A stretch of 52,091 nucleotides of DNA from the NCBI GenBank assembly GCA_040393665.1, contig JBEBTS010000001.1, positions 1-52,091 on the forward strand. The letters run 5' to 3'. Below the pieces are notes generated by a model that had not been told where the DNA came from, made no database searches, and worked only from the letters and a program-made list of their open reading frames with translations. The position numbers were made by a program, and so were the translations under genes. The stretch's first letter is position 1; each line of letters opens with the position of its first letter. Of this stretch, positions 8,606 to 16,818 are shown one piece after another. Source of the DNA: Conexibacter woesei. GTDB lineage: Bacteria > Actinomycetota > Thermoleophilia > Solirubrobacterales > 70-9.

Positions 8606-9874
8606 ATGGCCGAGGTCCTGCCCTTCCCCGCGCTCCATTACAACCTGCGGTCGGTCGAGTCGCTGGCCGCGGTCACCGCGCCGCCCTACGACGTGATCGA
8701 CGCCGCCGGGCGGGCCGACCTGGTCGCCCGCTCCCCGTTCAACGTGGTCGAGCTGGATCTGCCCGAGCCGACCGGCCCCGGCTCGGACCGCTACGAGGAC
8801 GCGGCCGAGATCCTCGAGGAGTGGGTCCTGAACGGCATCCTCACCCAGGACCGGGAGCCGACGCTCTGGGCCCTGACCCAGGAGTTCGACCGGCCGGACG
8901 GCGGCCGCCAGACCCGCAACGCGATCCTTGCCCGAGTGCGGGTCACCGGGTACGGCGCGGGGCTGATCCGCCCCCACGAACGCACCCAGCCGGGACCGAA
9001 GCAGGACCGGCTCGACCTCACCCGGGCCACCAGGTACAACCTGTCCCCGATCTTCTCGCTGACCAGCCGCGACGCCTGGCCGGCGGTGGCTCCGGTCACC
9101 GACACGGCCCCCTGGGCCGAGGTCACCGACGACGAGGGCACCACCCACCGACTGTGGCCGATCGCCGATCCCGAGGTCCACGCGGCGGTCACCGCCGAGC
9201 TGGCCGAGGCCGAGCTACTGATCGCCGACGGCCACCACCGGTACGAGACCGCCCGCGCCTACATGGCGGAGGTCGGCGGCGAGGGCGCCCACTGCTACAC
9301 GCTGATGGCCCTGACCGGGCTGGACGACCCGGGCCTCGCCGTCTTCCCCACCCACCGCCTGCTGACCGGGATCGACAACCCGGACCTGCACGACCGGCTG
9401 GAGCGCGGGCTGGCCGACGCCTTCGAGATGGAGGAGGTCGACGCCGGCGCCGCGCGCGGAATCGACCCGGACCGCATGGACGGCATCGGCTGCTTCGGCT
9501 TCGCCGACGGGATCACCGGGCGCCGCTTCCGCCTGCGGCTGCGGGAGCCGACCCGGCTGGCCGGCCTCTTCCCCGAGGCGTCCGAGGGCTTCCGCACCCT
9601 CGACGCGGCCGTCCTCGAGCGGATCGTCTTCCACGACCTGCTCGGGCTGAGCCCGGAGGACGTCGAAGCGAAGCGCGGACTCGCCTACGCCCGCACCACC
9701 GACGAGGCGGAGGCCGCGCTCGCGGCCGGCGAGGCCCACGCCGCCTTCCTCCTGCGAGCAACCCCGATCGAGCAGGTCCGGGCGGTCGCCGCCGCCGGCG
9801 AGACGATGCCGCCGAAGTCCACCTTCTTCTTCCCCAAGCTGCTGTCCGGAATGGCCTTCAACCCGCTGAGCTGA
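8606..9874 (+). CDS. DUF1015 family protein
   Basis: MAEVLPFPALHYN...APPYDVID...ADGHHRYETA are hallmark DUF1015 blocks. The track ORF starts at 8279, but that part overlaps the FMO gene on the other strand. Confidence 0.85.
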   Translation: MAEVLPFPALHYNLRSVESLAAVTAPPYDVIDAAGRADLVARSPFNVVELDLPEPTGPGSDRYEDAAEILEEWVLNGILTQDREPTLWALTQEFDRPDGGRQTRNAILARVRVTGYGAGLIRPHERTQPGPKQDRLDLTRATRYNLSPIFSLTSRDAWPAVAPVTDTAPWAEVTDDEGTTHRLWPIADPEVHAAVTAELAEAELLIADGHHRYETARAYMAEVGGEGAHCYTLMALTGLDDPGLAVFPTHRLLTGIDNPDLHDRLERGLADAFEMEEVDAGAARGIDPDRMDGIGCFGFADGITGRRFRLRLREPTRLAGLFPEASEGFRTLDAAVLERIVFHDLLGLSPEDVEAKRGLAYARTTDEAEAALAAGEAHAAFLLRATPIEQVRAVAAAGETMPPKSTFFFPKLLSGMAFNPLS

Positions 9875-9911
9875 GTCGTCGACGCCCCGGCCAAGACCAG
9901 GAAAGGAACCC

Positions 9912-10262
9912 ATGTCCACACGCAAAGAGTCGGTCGAGACCTACTTCGAGGGATTCCGCCGCGGGGACCACGAGCTGATCCTCGGCCTCCTGACCGAGGA
10001 CGTGGCCTGGGACCTGCCGGGCTTCCGCCACCTGGAGGGCAAGGCGGCCTTCGACGGCGAGATCGAGAACGAGGAGTTCACCGGCCACCCGACGCTGAAC
10101 CTCGATCGGCTGGTCGAGGAAGGCGACGTCGTGGTCGCGATCGGCACCGGGGCCGGTACCCACAAGAGCGGCCAGGCCCAGCGGTTCGCCTTCTGCGACG
10201 TCTTCACCTTCTCCGGCGAGCTGATCGCGCGGGTCGAGTCCTACCTGGTGCCGCTCGGCTGA
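9912..10262 (+). CDS. SnoaL/NTF2-like (ketosteroid isomerase-like) protein
   Basis: 116 aa. The N-terminal VETYFEGFRRGD... pattern and the size are typical of the SnoaL-like fold. Confidence 0.75.
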   Translation: MSTRKESVETYFEGFRRGDHELILGLLTEDVAWDLPGFRHLEGKAAFDGEIENEEFTGHPTLNLDRLVEEGDVVVAIGTGAGTHKSGQAQRFAFCDVFTFSGELIARVESYLVPLG

Positions 10263-10357
10263 ACCCCGGGCGACGGCGCCGTCGCCGACCTCAGCGGCCC
10301 GGGCCCGGATCCCTCGAGTCGCCGGCCGCACCTCCGGGACGCCCGGACGACAAGCTC

Positions 10358-10363
10358 TAGGAT
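10358..10363 (+). promoter_or_regulatory. -10-like TAGGAT placed for a leaderless transcript
   Basis: TAGGAT ends 7 nt before the A of the ATG at 10371, and no SD is present. This is the arrangement typical of actinobacterial leaderless mRNAs. Confidence 0.3.
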
Positions 10364-10370
10364 CAAGCCC

Positions 10371-10937
10371 ATGGTCAAGATCTACACGAAGAAGGGCGAC
10401 GACGGTACGACCGGCCTCTGGTACGGAGGACGGGTCGAGAAGTCCGGACTGCGGACCGACGCCTACGGCACGCTGGACGAGGCCTGCTCCGCCCTGGGCG
10501 TGGCCCGCTCGCTCTGCGGCCCGGACCGGTCCGGGCTCGCCGCCGACATCCTCGCCCTGCAGAACGAGCTGTTCGTGGCCGGCGCCGAGCTGGCCACCGC
10601 TCCCGAGGCGGCCGAGCGGCTCGAGGACGGGATCAGCCGGATCACCGCCGACATGACCGACGCGCTCGACGCCGAGATCGACAAGTACATGTCGCAGGTG
10701 GACCTGCCACCCAAGTTCGTGATCCCCGGAGGCAACCAGCTCTCCGCCCAGCTCGACGTCGCCCGCACCGCGATCCGCCGCGGCGAGCGCAAGGTGGTGA
10801 AGATCCAGCTGGCCGAGGAGCTCGCCTCGCTGGAGATCCTGCGCTTCCTCAACCGCGCCTCCGACTACTGCTTCGCGATGGCCCGCTTCGCCGACGTCGA
10901 GGATCCCGACCTGTTCGAGGGACGCAGGAAGTCCTGA
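10371..10937 (+). CDS. pduO: cob(I)yrinic acid a,c-diamide adenosyltransferase, PduO type
   Basis: MVKIYTKKGDDGTTGL N-terminus plus a colinear PduO-type core. Confidence 0.9.
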   Translation: MVKIYTKKGDDGTTGLWYGGRVEKSGLRTDAYGTLDEACSALGVARSLCGPDRSGLAADILALQNELFVAGAELATAPEAAERLEDGISRITADMTDALDAEIDKYMSQVDLPPKFVIPGGNQLSAQLDVARTAIRRGERKVVKIQLAEELASLEILRFLNRASDYCFAMARFADVEDPDLFEGRRKS

Positions 10938-11320
10938 TGGCCCAGGCCCGCCTCAGCCGGCGCGACGGCTTCGTGCACACGGTCGAGACGAGCACCGGGC
11001 ACACGGTCGTCTTCGACGAGCCCGAGAGCGCCGGCGGCACCAACACCGCCCCCGCCCCGACCGAGATGCTCGCGGCCGCGCTGACCGCGTGCACCGCCCT
11101 GACCCTCAAGGTCTACGCCGACCGCAAGGGCTGGGACATCGAGGGGATCGAGGTCGAGGTCGACACGACCTGGGACGGCCCGCGCCCGGCCGGCTACTCG
11201 GTGAAGCTGCGTCTCCCGGACCACCTCGACCAGGACCAGCAGGACCGGTTGCGGGTGATCGCCGGCAAGTGCCCGGTCCACCACACCCTGGCCAACCCGA
11301 TCCCGGTGGAGATGGCCTGA
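10937..11320 (+). CDS. OsmC-family peroxiredoxin-like protein
   Basis: 127 aa with PTEMLAAALTACTALT and AGKCPVHHTL, the two conserved Cys blocks of OsmC/Ohr. ATGA overlap with pduO. Confidence 0.85.
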   Translation: MAQARLSRRDGFVHTVETSTGHTVVFDEPESAGGTNTAPAPTEMLAAALTACTALTLKVYADRKGWDIEGIEVEVDTTWDGPRPAGYSVKLRLPDHLDQDQQDRLRVIAGKCPVHHTLANPIPVEMA

Positions 11321-11322
11321 CC

Positions 11323-12123
11323 GTGGACTTCGGCCTGAAGGGAAAGGTCTGCGCGGTCACTGGCGCCAGTGGCGGCATCGGGCTTGAGGTGACCCGCCAG
11401 CTCTGCTCCGAGGGGGCGAAGGTGCTGATGATCTCCCGCAACCCCGAGCAGCTCGCGGCGATGGCCGAGGTGGTCCGGGCCGAGGGCGGCGAGGTCGAGG
11501 TGCTGATGCTCGACGTCACCGCCGACTGCGCCGGCGAGCATCTGATCGCCTCCGCCAACCAGCATTTCGGGCGGCTCGACGCCCTGGTCAACAATGCCGG
11601 CGCCGCCACCTGGCGGAGCCTCGAGGAAGCCACCCCGGAGGACTTCCGGTTCCAGTTCGAGCTGAGCGTGGTCGCCCCGCTGAACCTGATGCGGGCGGTC
11701 GTCCCCGGGATGGTCGAACGCGGCTGGGGCCGGATCGTGAACGTCTCGTCGACCGCCGGCAAGCGGCCCTCGGCGATGATGCCCGACTACTCGGTGGGCA
11801 AGGCGGCGATGCTCTCGCTCTCCCGCCAGTTCGCTGAGCGGTACGCGGCGGAGGGGGTCCTGGTCAACGCGGTCTGCCCCGGCCCGACGGCGTCCGATCT
11901 CTGGATGGAGGCGGGCGGGCTGCTGGACCAGTCGCGCGAGCGCGCCGGCGGGACGAGCCGCAAGGAGGCCCTGGCCGCGGTCGGCGGCAAGCGTCCGATC
12001 GGCCGCCTCGCGACCCCCGAGGAGATCGCCTCGACCATCGTCTTCCTCTGCTCCGGCCAGGCGTCCTACGTCACGGGTGCCGCCTGGGGCGTGGACGGCG
12101 GCACCGTGCCCGTCATCATCTGA
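11323..12123 (+). CDS. short-chain dehydrogenase/reductase
   Basis: GTG start gives VDFGLKGKVCAVTGASGGIG. NNAG and YSVGK catalytic motifs are present. The upstream part of track ORF 11089..12123 overlaps the OsmC gene. Confidence 0.85.
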   Translation: MDFGLKGKVCAVTGASGGIGLEVTRQLCSEGAKVLMISRNPEQLAAMAEVVRAEGGEVEVLMLDVTADCAGEHLIASANQHFGRLDALVNNAGAATWRSLEEATPEDFRFQFELSVVAPLNLMRAVVPGMVERGWGRIVNVSSTAGKRPSAMMPDYSVGKAAMLSLSRQFAERYAAEGVLVNAVCPGPTASDLWMEAGGLLDQSRERAGGTSRKEALAAVGGKRPIGRLATPEEIASTIVFLCSGQASYVTGAAWGVDGGTVPVII

Positions 12124-12162
12124 CCGGCCGGCGCGCGGCAGCGCCTCAGCCGGGCGGCGCGG

Positions 12163-12702
12163 TCAGTCGTAGCGGATCAGCGAGCGGACCCGGTGGGGGC
12201 TCAACCGCTCGCGGCCGCCGAGCCCGCCCAGCTCGATCAGGAAGCCGCAGCCGACCACCTCGCCGCCCAGGCCCTCGACGATCCGCACGACGGCCTCGGC
12301 GGTGCCGCCGGTGGCGATCAGGTCGTCGTGGACCAGCACCCTGGTCCCCGCCTCGAAGGCGTCGGCGTGGAGCTGCAGCTCGTCCAGGCCGTACTCGAGC
12401 TCGTACTCGGCCGAGACGGTGCGGGCCGGGAGCCGGCCGGGCTTCCGGGCGGGCACGAAGCCCGCGCCCAGTCGTTGGGCGAGCGCCCCGCCGAGGATGA
12501 AGCCGCGGGCCTCGGCCGCGACCACGATCTCGACCTCCAGGTCCTCGGCGAACCGGGCCAGCTCGTCGACCGCGTGGGCGGTCGCCTCCGGGTCCAGCAG
12601 GAGAGGCGTGACGTCGCGGAAGGTGATTCCGGGGCGGGGGAAGTCCGGGATGTCGCGGATCAGGCTCTGGAGGTCCACGCGCCGAGAGTAGCGGTGGGGC
12701 AT
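12163..12702 (-). CDS. apt: adenine phosphoribosyltransferase
   Basis: C-terminal 179 aa of track ORF 12163..13557: LIRDIPDFPRPGITFRDVTPLL...VLVHDDLIATGGTA (PRPP motif). GTG at 12678 is an alternative start. Confidence 0.9.
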   Translation of the reverse strand: MPHRYSRRVDLQSLIRDIPDFPRPGITFRDVTPLLLDPEATAHAVDELARFAEDLEVEIVVAAEARGFILGGALAQRLGAGFVPARKPGRLPARTVSAEYELEYGLDELQLHADAFEAGTRVLVHDDLIATGGTAEAVVRIVEGLGGEVVGCGFLIELGGLGGRERLSPHRVRSLIRYD

Positions 12703-12783
12703 GATCCTCCCGTGGAGACTGGCCTGAACTTCGACTCCCTCGATCTCGGCTCCGCCCTGCTGCAAGCGGAGGAGGCGGCCGGG

Positions 12784-13293
12784 ATGAAGACCCACGGCAG
12801 CCGCAACGCGGCGGTGCTGGTCCCGGTGACGGAGTGGCCGTCCCGGCCGCACATCACCTTCACCGAGCGGCGGGCGGACCTGCGCAAGCACGCCGGCGAG
12901 ATCTCGTTCCCCGGTGGGATGGGCGAGGAGATCGACCGAGACCTGACCGCGACCGCGCTGCGCGAGTCGCACGAGGAGATCAACCTCAGCCCGGACCGGG
13001 TCGACGTGGTCGGGGCCCTGCCGCCGGTCGGCACGTTCGTCACCTCGTTCCGCATCCAGCCGTTCGTCGGCCTGGTCTCGGGGGGCCAGCCGCTGGTCGC
13101 GAACCCGGACGAGGTCGCCGCGATCCTCAACTTCTCGATCGACGACCTGGTCGAGTCCTACGCGATGCGCCGGCTGGTCCGGCGAGGGGTCCCGATCCGC
13201 ACCCCCACCTTCGAGATGGAGCGGCACCTGATCTGGGGCGCGACCGCCCGGATCCTCACCGAGTTCCTGGTCAGGATCAGAGCCCTGACCTGA
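12784..13293 (+). CDS. NUDIX hydrolase, CoA pyrophosphatase-like
   Basis: Nudix box GGMGEEIDRDLTATALRESHEEINL. The ATG at 12784 is preferred; GTG 12712 is possible but would lie 9 nt from the apt start. Confidence 0.8.
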   Translation: MKTHGSRNAAVLVPVTEWPSRPHITFTERRADLRKHAGEISFPGGMGEEIDRDLTATALRESHEEINLSPDRVDVVGALPPVGTFVTSFRIQPFVGLVSGGQPLVANPDEVAAILNFSIDDLVESYAMRRLVRRGVPIRTPTFEMERHLIWGATARILTEFLVRIRALT

Positions 13294-13350
13294 CCCACCC
13301 GGCCGCTCGGTTCCCCGGCGCCAGCACCACCCACGCCCACGTGTCCCGAA

Positions 13351-13548
13351 GTCGCTGGGGCGATCACTCCAGCACAGCGAGAGCAATCGCCCCAGCGAAT
13401 GATGTGCGCCGGTGCCCCCAAGATCCCCGGGGCGATCGCTACGGCACAGCTGGAGCAATCGCCCCAGCGAAGAATGATGGGTGCTGGTGCCTCGAAAGAT
13501 CGCCGGGGCGATCGCTTCAGCACAGCGAGAGCTATCGCCCCGGCGAAC
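13351..13548. repeat. three tandem ~72-76-nt units, each with an internal GC-rich hairpin
   Basis: Units run 13351-13421, 13422-13497 and 13498-~13548. Each contains GGGGCGAT(C)(A/G)CT...CAGCACAGC...AGC(A/T)ATCGCCCC (10-bp arms in unit 1: CTGGGGCGAT / ATCGCCCCAG) followed by a similar tail. The repeat lies in the convergent gap between the NUDIX gene and sseA. Confidence 0.8.
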
Positions 13549-13576
13549 GAGGTTCACCGGTGAGCCGGGGCTCGGG

Positions 13577-14425
13577 CTAGGCGGCGCCCTTTTCGACCGG
13601 GACGTCGACCAGGTTGCCCCACTCGGTCCAGGAGCCGTCGTAGTTCTTGACGTCCTTCTGGCCGAGCAGCTCGTGGAGCACGAACCAGGTGTGCGCCGAG
13701 CGCTCGCCGATCCGGCAGTAGGCGATGATCGGGCCGTCGTCCTCGCGCAGGACGCCCTTGCTGCCGTAGAGCTCGCGCAGCTCCTCGGCCGACTTGAAGG
13801 TGCCGTCCTCCCGGACCGCCTGCGACCACGGGACCGAGGCGGCGCCGGGGATGTGGCCCCCGCGCTGCGCGCCCTCCTGCTCGTAGCCCGCGGGCGAGAT
13901 CAGCTCGCCGGAGAACTCCTGGGGGCTGCGGACGTCGACCAGGCTGGTGCCGTCGTCGAGCGCGGCCCGGACGTCGTCGCGGAAGGCCCGGATCGACCGG
14001 TCGCCTTCCTTGGCCTCGAAGGTCGCCGGCGGGTGGCTCGGCACCTCGGTCGTGGTCTCACGGCCCTCGGCGATCCACTTCTCGCGCGGACCGTTGATCA
14101 GCTTGACCTTGTCGTGGCCGTAGTAGCGGAGGTACCAGTAGGTGTAGGCAGCGAACCAGTTGTTGCGGTCGCCATAGAGGACGATCGTGTGGTCGTTGGA
14201 GATGCCGTGCTCGCCGAAGAGCCGGCCGAAGGCCTCCGCGTCGAGGAAGTCGCGCTTGACCTGGTCCTGAAGGTCGGCCTGCCAGTCGAAGCCGATCGCG
14301 CCGGGGATGTGCGCCTCGGCGTAGAGGCCGGGGTTCTCGTCGACCTCGACGATTCGGATCGAGTCGTCGTCCAGGTGCTCGGCGACCCAGTCGGTCTCGA
14401 CCAGAACGTCGTTTGAGTAGCTCAT
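13577..14425 (-). CDS. sseA: thiosulfate/3-mercaptopyruvate sulfurtransferase (tandem rhodanese)
   Basis: MSYSNDVLVETDWV...; active-site loop YCRIGERS; two rhodanese domains. The ATG at 14425 is preceded by GGAAGGA. Confidence 0.9.
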   Translation of the reverse strand: MSYSNDVLVETDWVAEHLDDDSIRIVEVDENPGLYAEAHIPGAIGFDWQADLQDQVKRDFLDAEAFGRLFGEHGISNDHTIVLYGDRNNWFAAYTYWYLRYYGHDKVKLINGPREKWIAEGRETTTEVPSHPPATFEAKEGDRSIRAFRDDVRAALDDGTSLVDVRSPQEFSGELISPAGYEQEGAQRGGHIPGAASVPWSQAVREDGTFKSAEELRELYGSKGVLREDDGPIIAYCRIGERSAHTWFVLHELLGQKDVKNYDGSWTEWGNLVDVPVEKGAA

Positions 14426-14490
14426 GTTCGTCCTTCCAGTTGCTTCGTGACCGCGAGGATCCACACTGGGGAACCACGGCCGATTCCCCC

Positions 14491-14548
14491 TCGAATTCGA
14501 TGAATTTCGATATACGGCAATTCCTATCAGACTTTACATATATGCCTG
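14491..14548 (-). promoter_or_regulatory. AT-rich island upstream of sseA (probable promoter/operator)
   Basis: The sharpest local GC drop in this part of the window. It contains CGAATTCGATGAATTTCGA (14492-14510; CGAA(A)TTC repeated) and ATCAG-N15-CTGAT. Confidence 0.3.
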
Positions 14549-14612
14549 ATCGGGTCTGCCGGGAAGGTGGATTCCGGCAGCCGCGAGGACCGTCCGAGGG
14601 GCGGCGACAAGC

Positions 14613-14638
14613 GCGGCCCGGCGATCGGGCCGGGCCGC
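14613..14638 (-). terminator. GC-rich hairpin downstream of trxB
   Basis: GCGGCCCGGC-GATCGG-GCCGGGCCGC forms a perfect 10-bp stem 20 nt after the trxB stop, with only a weak T-run on the minus strand. Confidence 0.45.
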
Positions 14639-14657
14639 GGAAGGAGCTGCGAGAGGG

Positions 14658-15602
14658 CTAGAGGTCGGAGTCGCGCAGGTACCACTCGGCGTCGAGCGCG
14701 CCCTGGCAGCCGGAGCCGGCGGCCGTGATCGCCTGGCGGTAGGTGTGGTCGACCAGGTCCCCGACCGCGAAGACCCCGGAGAGGTTCGTCTTCGTCGACG
14801 GCGAGCTGGTGATGACGTAGCCCTCGTCGTCGGTGTCGATCTGCCCCTTGACGATGTCCGAGAGTGGGATGTGGCCGATCGCGATGAAGGCACCGTCCAC
14901 CGGGACCTCCTCGACCTCGTCGGTGTCGACGCAACGCAGCTTGACCGCGGCCAGGGCACCGTCCTCGCCGGCCACGAACTCCTCGGGGACGTACGGGGTC
15001 TTGAGCTCGATGTTGGACTGCGACTCGGCCCGCTCCTGCATGATCTTCGAGGCCCGGAACTCTTCCCGTCGGTGAACCAGATCCAGGTCGGAGGCGAACT
15101 TCGAGATGAAGACCGCGTCTTCCATCGCCGAGTCGCCGCCGCCGATCACCATGGTCGAGCGGTCCTTGAAGAAGGCCCCGTCGCAGACGCCGCAGGTGGA
15201 GACGCCGCGTCCCATCAGCTCCATCTCGCCCGGGATGCCGAGCCGCTTGGGCTCCGCGCCCATGGCGAGGATGACCGCCTTGGCCCGGTACTCCTCGTCC
15301 CCGAGGAACACCTTTTGGATGCCGCCGTCGCTGAGCTCGACCCGGTCGACGTCGTCGGAGACGAACCGGGTGCCGAACCGCTCGGCCTGCTCGCGGAACC
15401 GGGTCATCATCTCCGGGCCCATGATCCCCTCGGGGAAGCCGGGGTAGTTCTCTACCTCGGTCGTGTTCTGGAGCTGACCGCCCCACTGGAAGCCCTCGAA
15501 GACGAGCGGCCTGAGCTCGGCCCGGGCGGCGTAGAGCGCCGCCGTGTAGCCGGCCGGCCCACCGCCGATGATGATCAGGTTCTCGACCTCGTTGCTGCTC
15601 AT
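14658..15602 (-). CDS. trxB: thioredoxin-disulfide reductase
   Basis: IIGGGPAGYTAA, redox-active CGVCDG, GGGDSAMED; 314 aa. Confidence 0.95.
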   Translation of the reverse strand: MSSNEVENLIIIGGGPAGYTAALYAARAELRPLVFEGFQWGGQLQNTTEVENYPGFPEGIMGPEMMTRFREQAERFGTRFVSDDVDRVELSDGGIQKVFLGDEEYRAKAVILAMGAEPKRLGIPGEMELMGRGVSTCGVCDGAFFKDRSTMVIGGGDSAMEDAVFISKFASDLDLVHRREEFRASKIMQERAESQSNIELKTPYVPEEFVAGEDGALAAVKLRCVDTDEVEEVPVDGAFIAIGHIPLSDIVKGQIDTDDEGYVITSSPSTKTNLSGVFAVGDLVDHTYRQAITAAGSGCQGALDAEWYLRDSDL

Positions 15603-15675
15603 TCGGTTCCCCTTGCGTTCAATACTTTACTTTTTGAAGTGTAGCTGACGGCATCCCGGCCGCGACCGGCCCCGC

Positions 15676-16818
15676 TCACGGCTCCACCCTGATCAGGCTG
15701 GGGCTGGGTTGGCGGTCGATCGGCAGGCCCTCTTCCTTCCACCGCCGGACCCGCTTGCGGAGCTGGAAGAAGGCGGCGACCCCGGTCGGGATCGGCAGCC
15801 AGAAGGCGACCAGGCGGTAGATCAGGATGGCGGCGAAGACCTCCGCCTCCGGGAAGCCGAACAGCACGAACACGCCGATCATGCCGGCGTCGACCGCGCC
15901 GACGCCGGCCGGGACGAACGGGATCAGGTTGGCGACCATCCCGAGGAAGAAGCCCATCACCACCACGCCGAACGGCACCTCGATCCCGAAGGCCTTGAAG
16001 GAGGCCCACAGGATGCCGATGTTCGCGGCCCAGAACCCGACCGCGCCGACGATCGCCAGGCCGGCCCGGGTCGGCGCCGTGACCAGCTTGAGCGCGGCCC
16101 GCACCCCGTCGGCGACGGTGACCGGCACGGTCGCGAGCTTGGAGAGGAAGGCGACCCCGGGCCGACGGTCGGCGTAGTAACGGATCCGCCGCTCGATGTC
16201 GCTCGGCACCAGGGCCAGCGCCAGGCCGAGGATCATCACCACCCCGGCGATCGCGGCCGGGACGATCGTGAGCGACACGGCGGTCCCGCCATGCAGGATC
16301 CCGGTGCGGAGCAGCACCCCGAACACGACCACCGCGAGCGGGTAGAAGAGGTAGTGGAGCACGATGAAGGCGACCATCCTCGTCCCCACGTCGCGCCGCA
16401 CCATGCCGCCCTGGCGCAGGGCCCAGTAGGTCAGCACGACCCCGCCGGCGCCGCCGGCGGAGAACAGGAGGGTCGCGGCGAAGCCGGCCATGTTGATCTC
16501 GTACGCCTCGCCCCAGGTGATCGGGAAGGCCTCGCCGCCGACCACCGCGCGGAACAGGGCGATGTAGGTGATGAAGGAGAGCACGCAGAAGCCGACCGCG
16601 ACGCCGACGTAGACCGCGTTGGCCTCCCCCAGCATGCCGATCGCGTCGCCGAACCCGGCGAGCTTGGGAAGCAGGAAGTAGATCCCGACGACCAGCAGGA
16701 TGATCACGACCGTCGTCTGGATCGCGGCCCGGGTCGAGATCACGGGGAGGCCGTCGCCCGCCTCCTCCTCCGGCTCGACCGTCGGCTCCGAACCGGCCGG
16801 TTCAGGTGCCACTGGCAA
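15676..16818 (-). CDS. LPG-synthase-TM / flippase-like (UPF0104) membrane protein
   Basis: 380 aa, polytopic, with ...MVANLIPFVPAGVGAVDAGMIGVF... characteristic of the lysylphosphatidylglycerol synthase TM-region family. No aminoacyl-transfer domain is present. Confidence 0.8.
   Translation of the reverse strand: MPVAPEPAGSEPTVEPEEEAGDGLPVISTRAAIQTTVVIILLVVGIYFLLPKLAGFGDAIGMLGEANAVYVGVAVGFCVLSFITYIALFRAVVGGEAFPITWGEAYEINMAGFAATLLFSAGGAGGVVLTYWALRQGGMVRRDVGTRMVAFIVLHYLFYPLAVVVFGVLLRTGILHGGTAVSLTIVPAAIAGVVMILGLALALVPSDIERRIRYYADRRPGVAFLSKLATVPVTVADGVRAALKLVTAPTRAGLAIVGAVGFWAANIGILWASFKAFGIEVPFGVVVMGFFLGMVANLIPFVPAGVGAVDAGMIGVFVLFGFPEAEVFAAILIYRLVAFWLPIPTGVAAFFQLRKRVRRWKEEGLPIDRQPSPSLIRVEP

Noticed and set aside
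13431-13438. GCGATCGC (cyanobacterial HIP1-like octamer) inside repeat units 2 and 3.
   Set aside because: It is simply the centre of the hairpin arm in a GC-rich repeat. I saw no sign of genome-wide HIP1-style over-representation in this window.
13351-13548. Possible mini-CRISPR array (about 43-nt palindromic repeats separated by about 30-nt segments).
   Set aside because: The repeats are imperfect, with several mismatches per copy. The 'spacers' are homologous to each other, so the whole ~75-nt unit is what repeats. Only three copies are present and there are no cas genes in the window. It behaves as a tandem repeat, not a CRISPR array.
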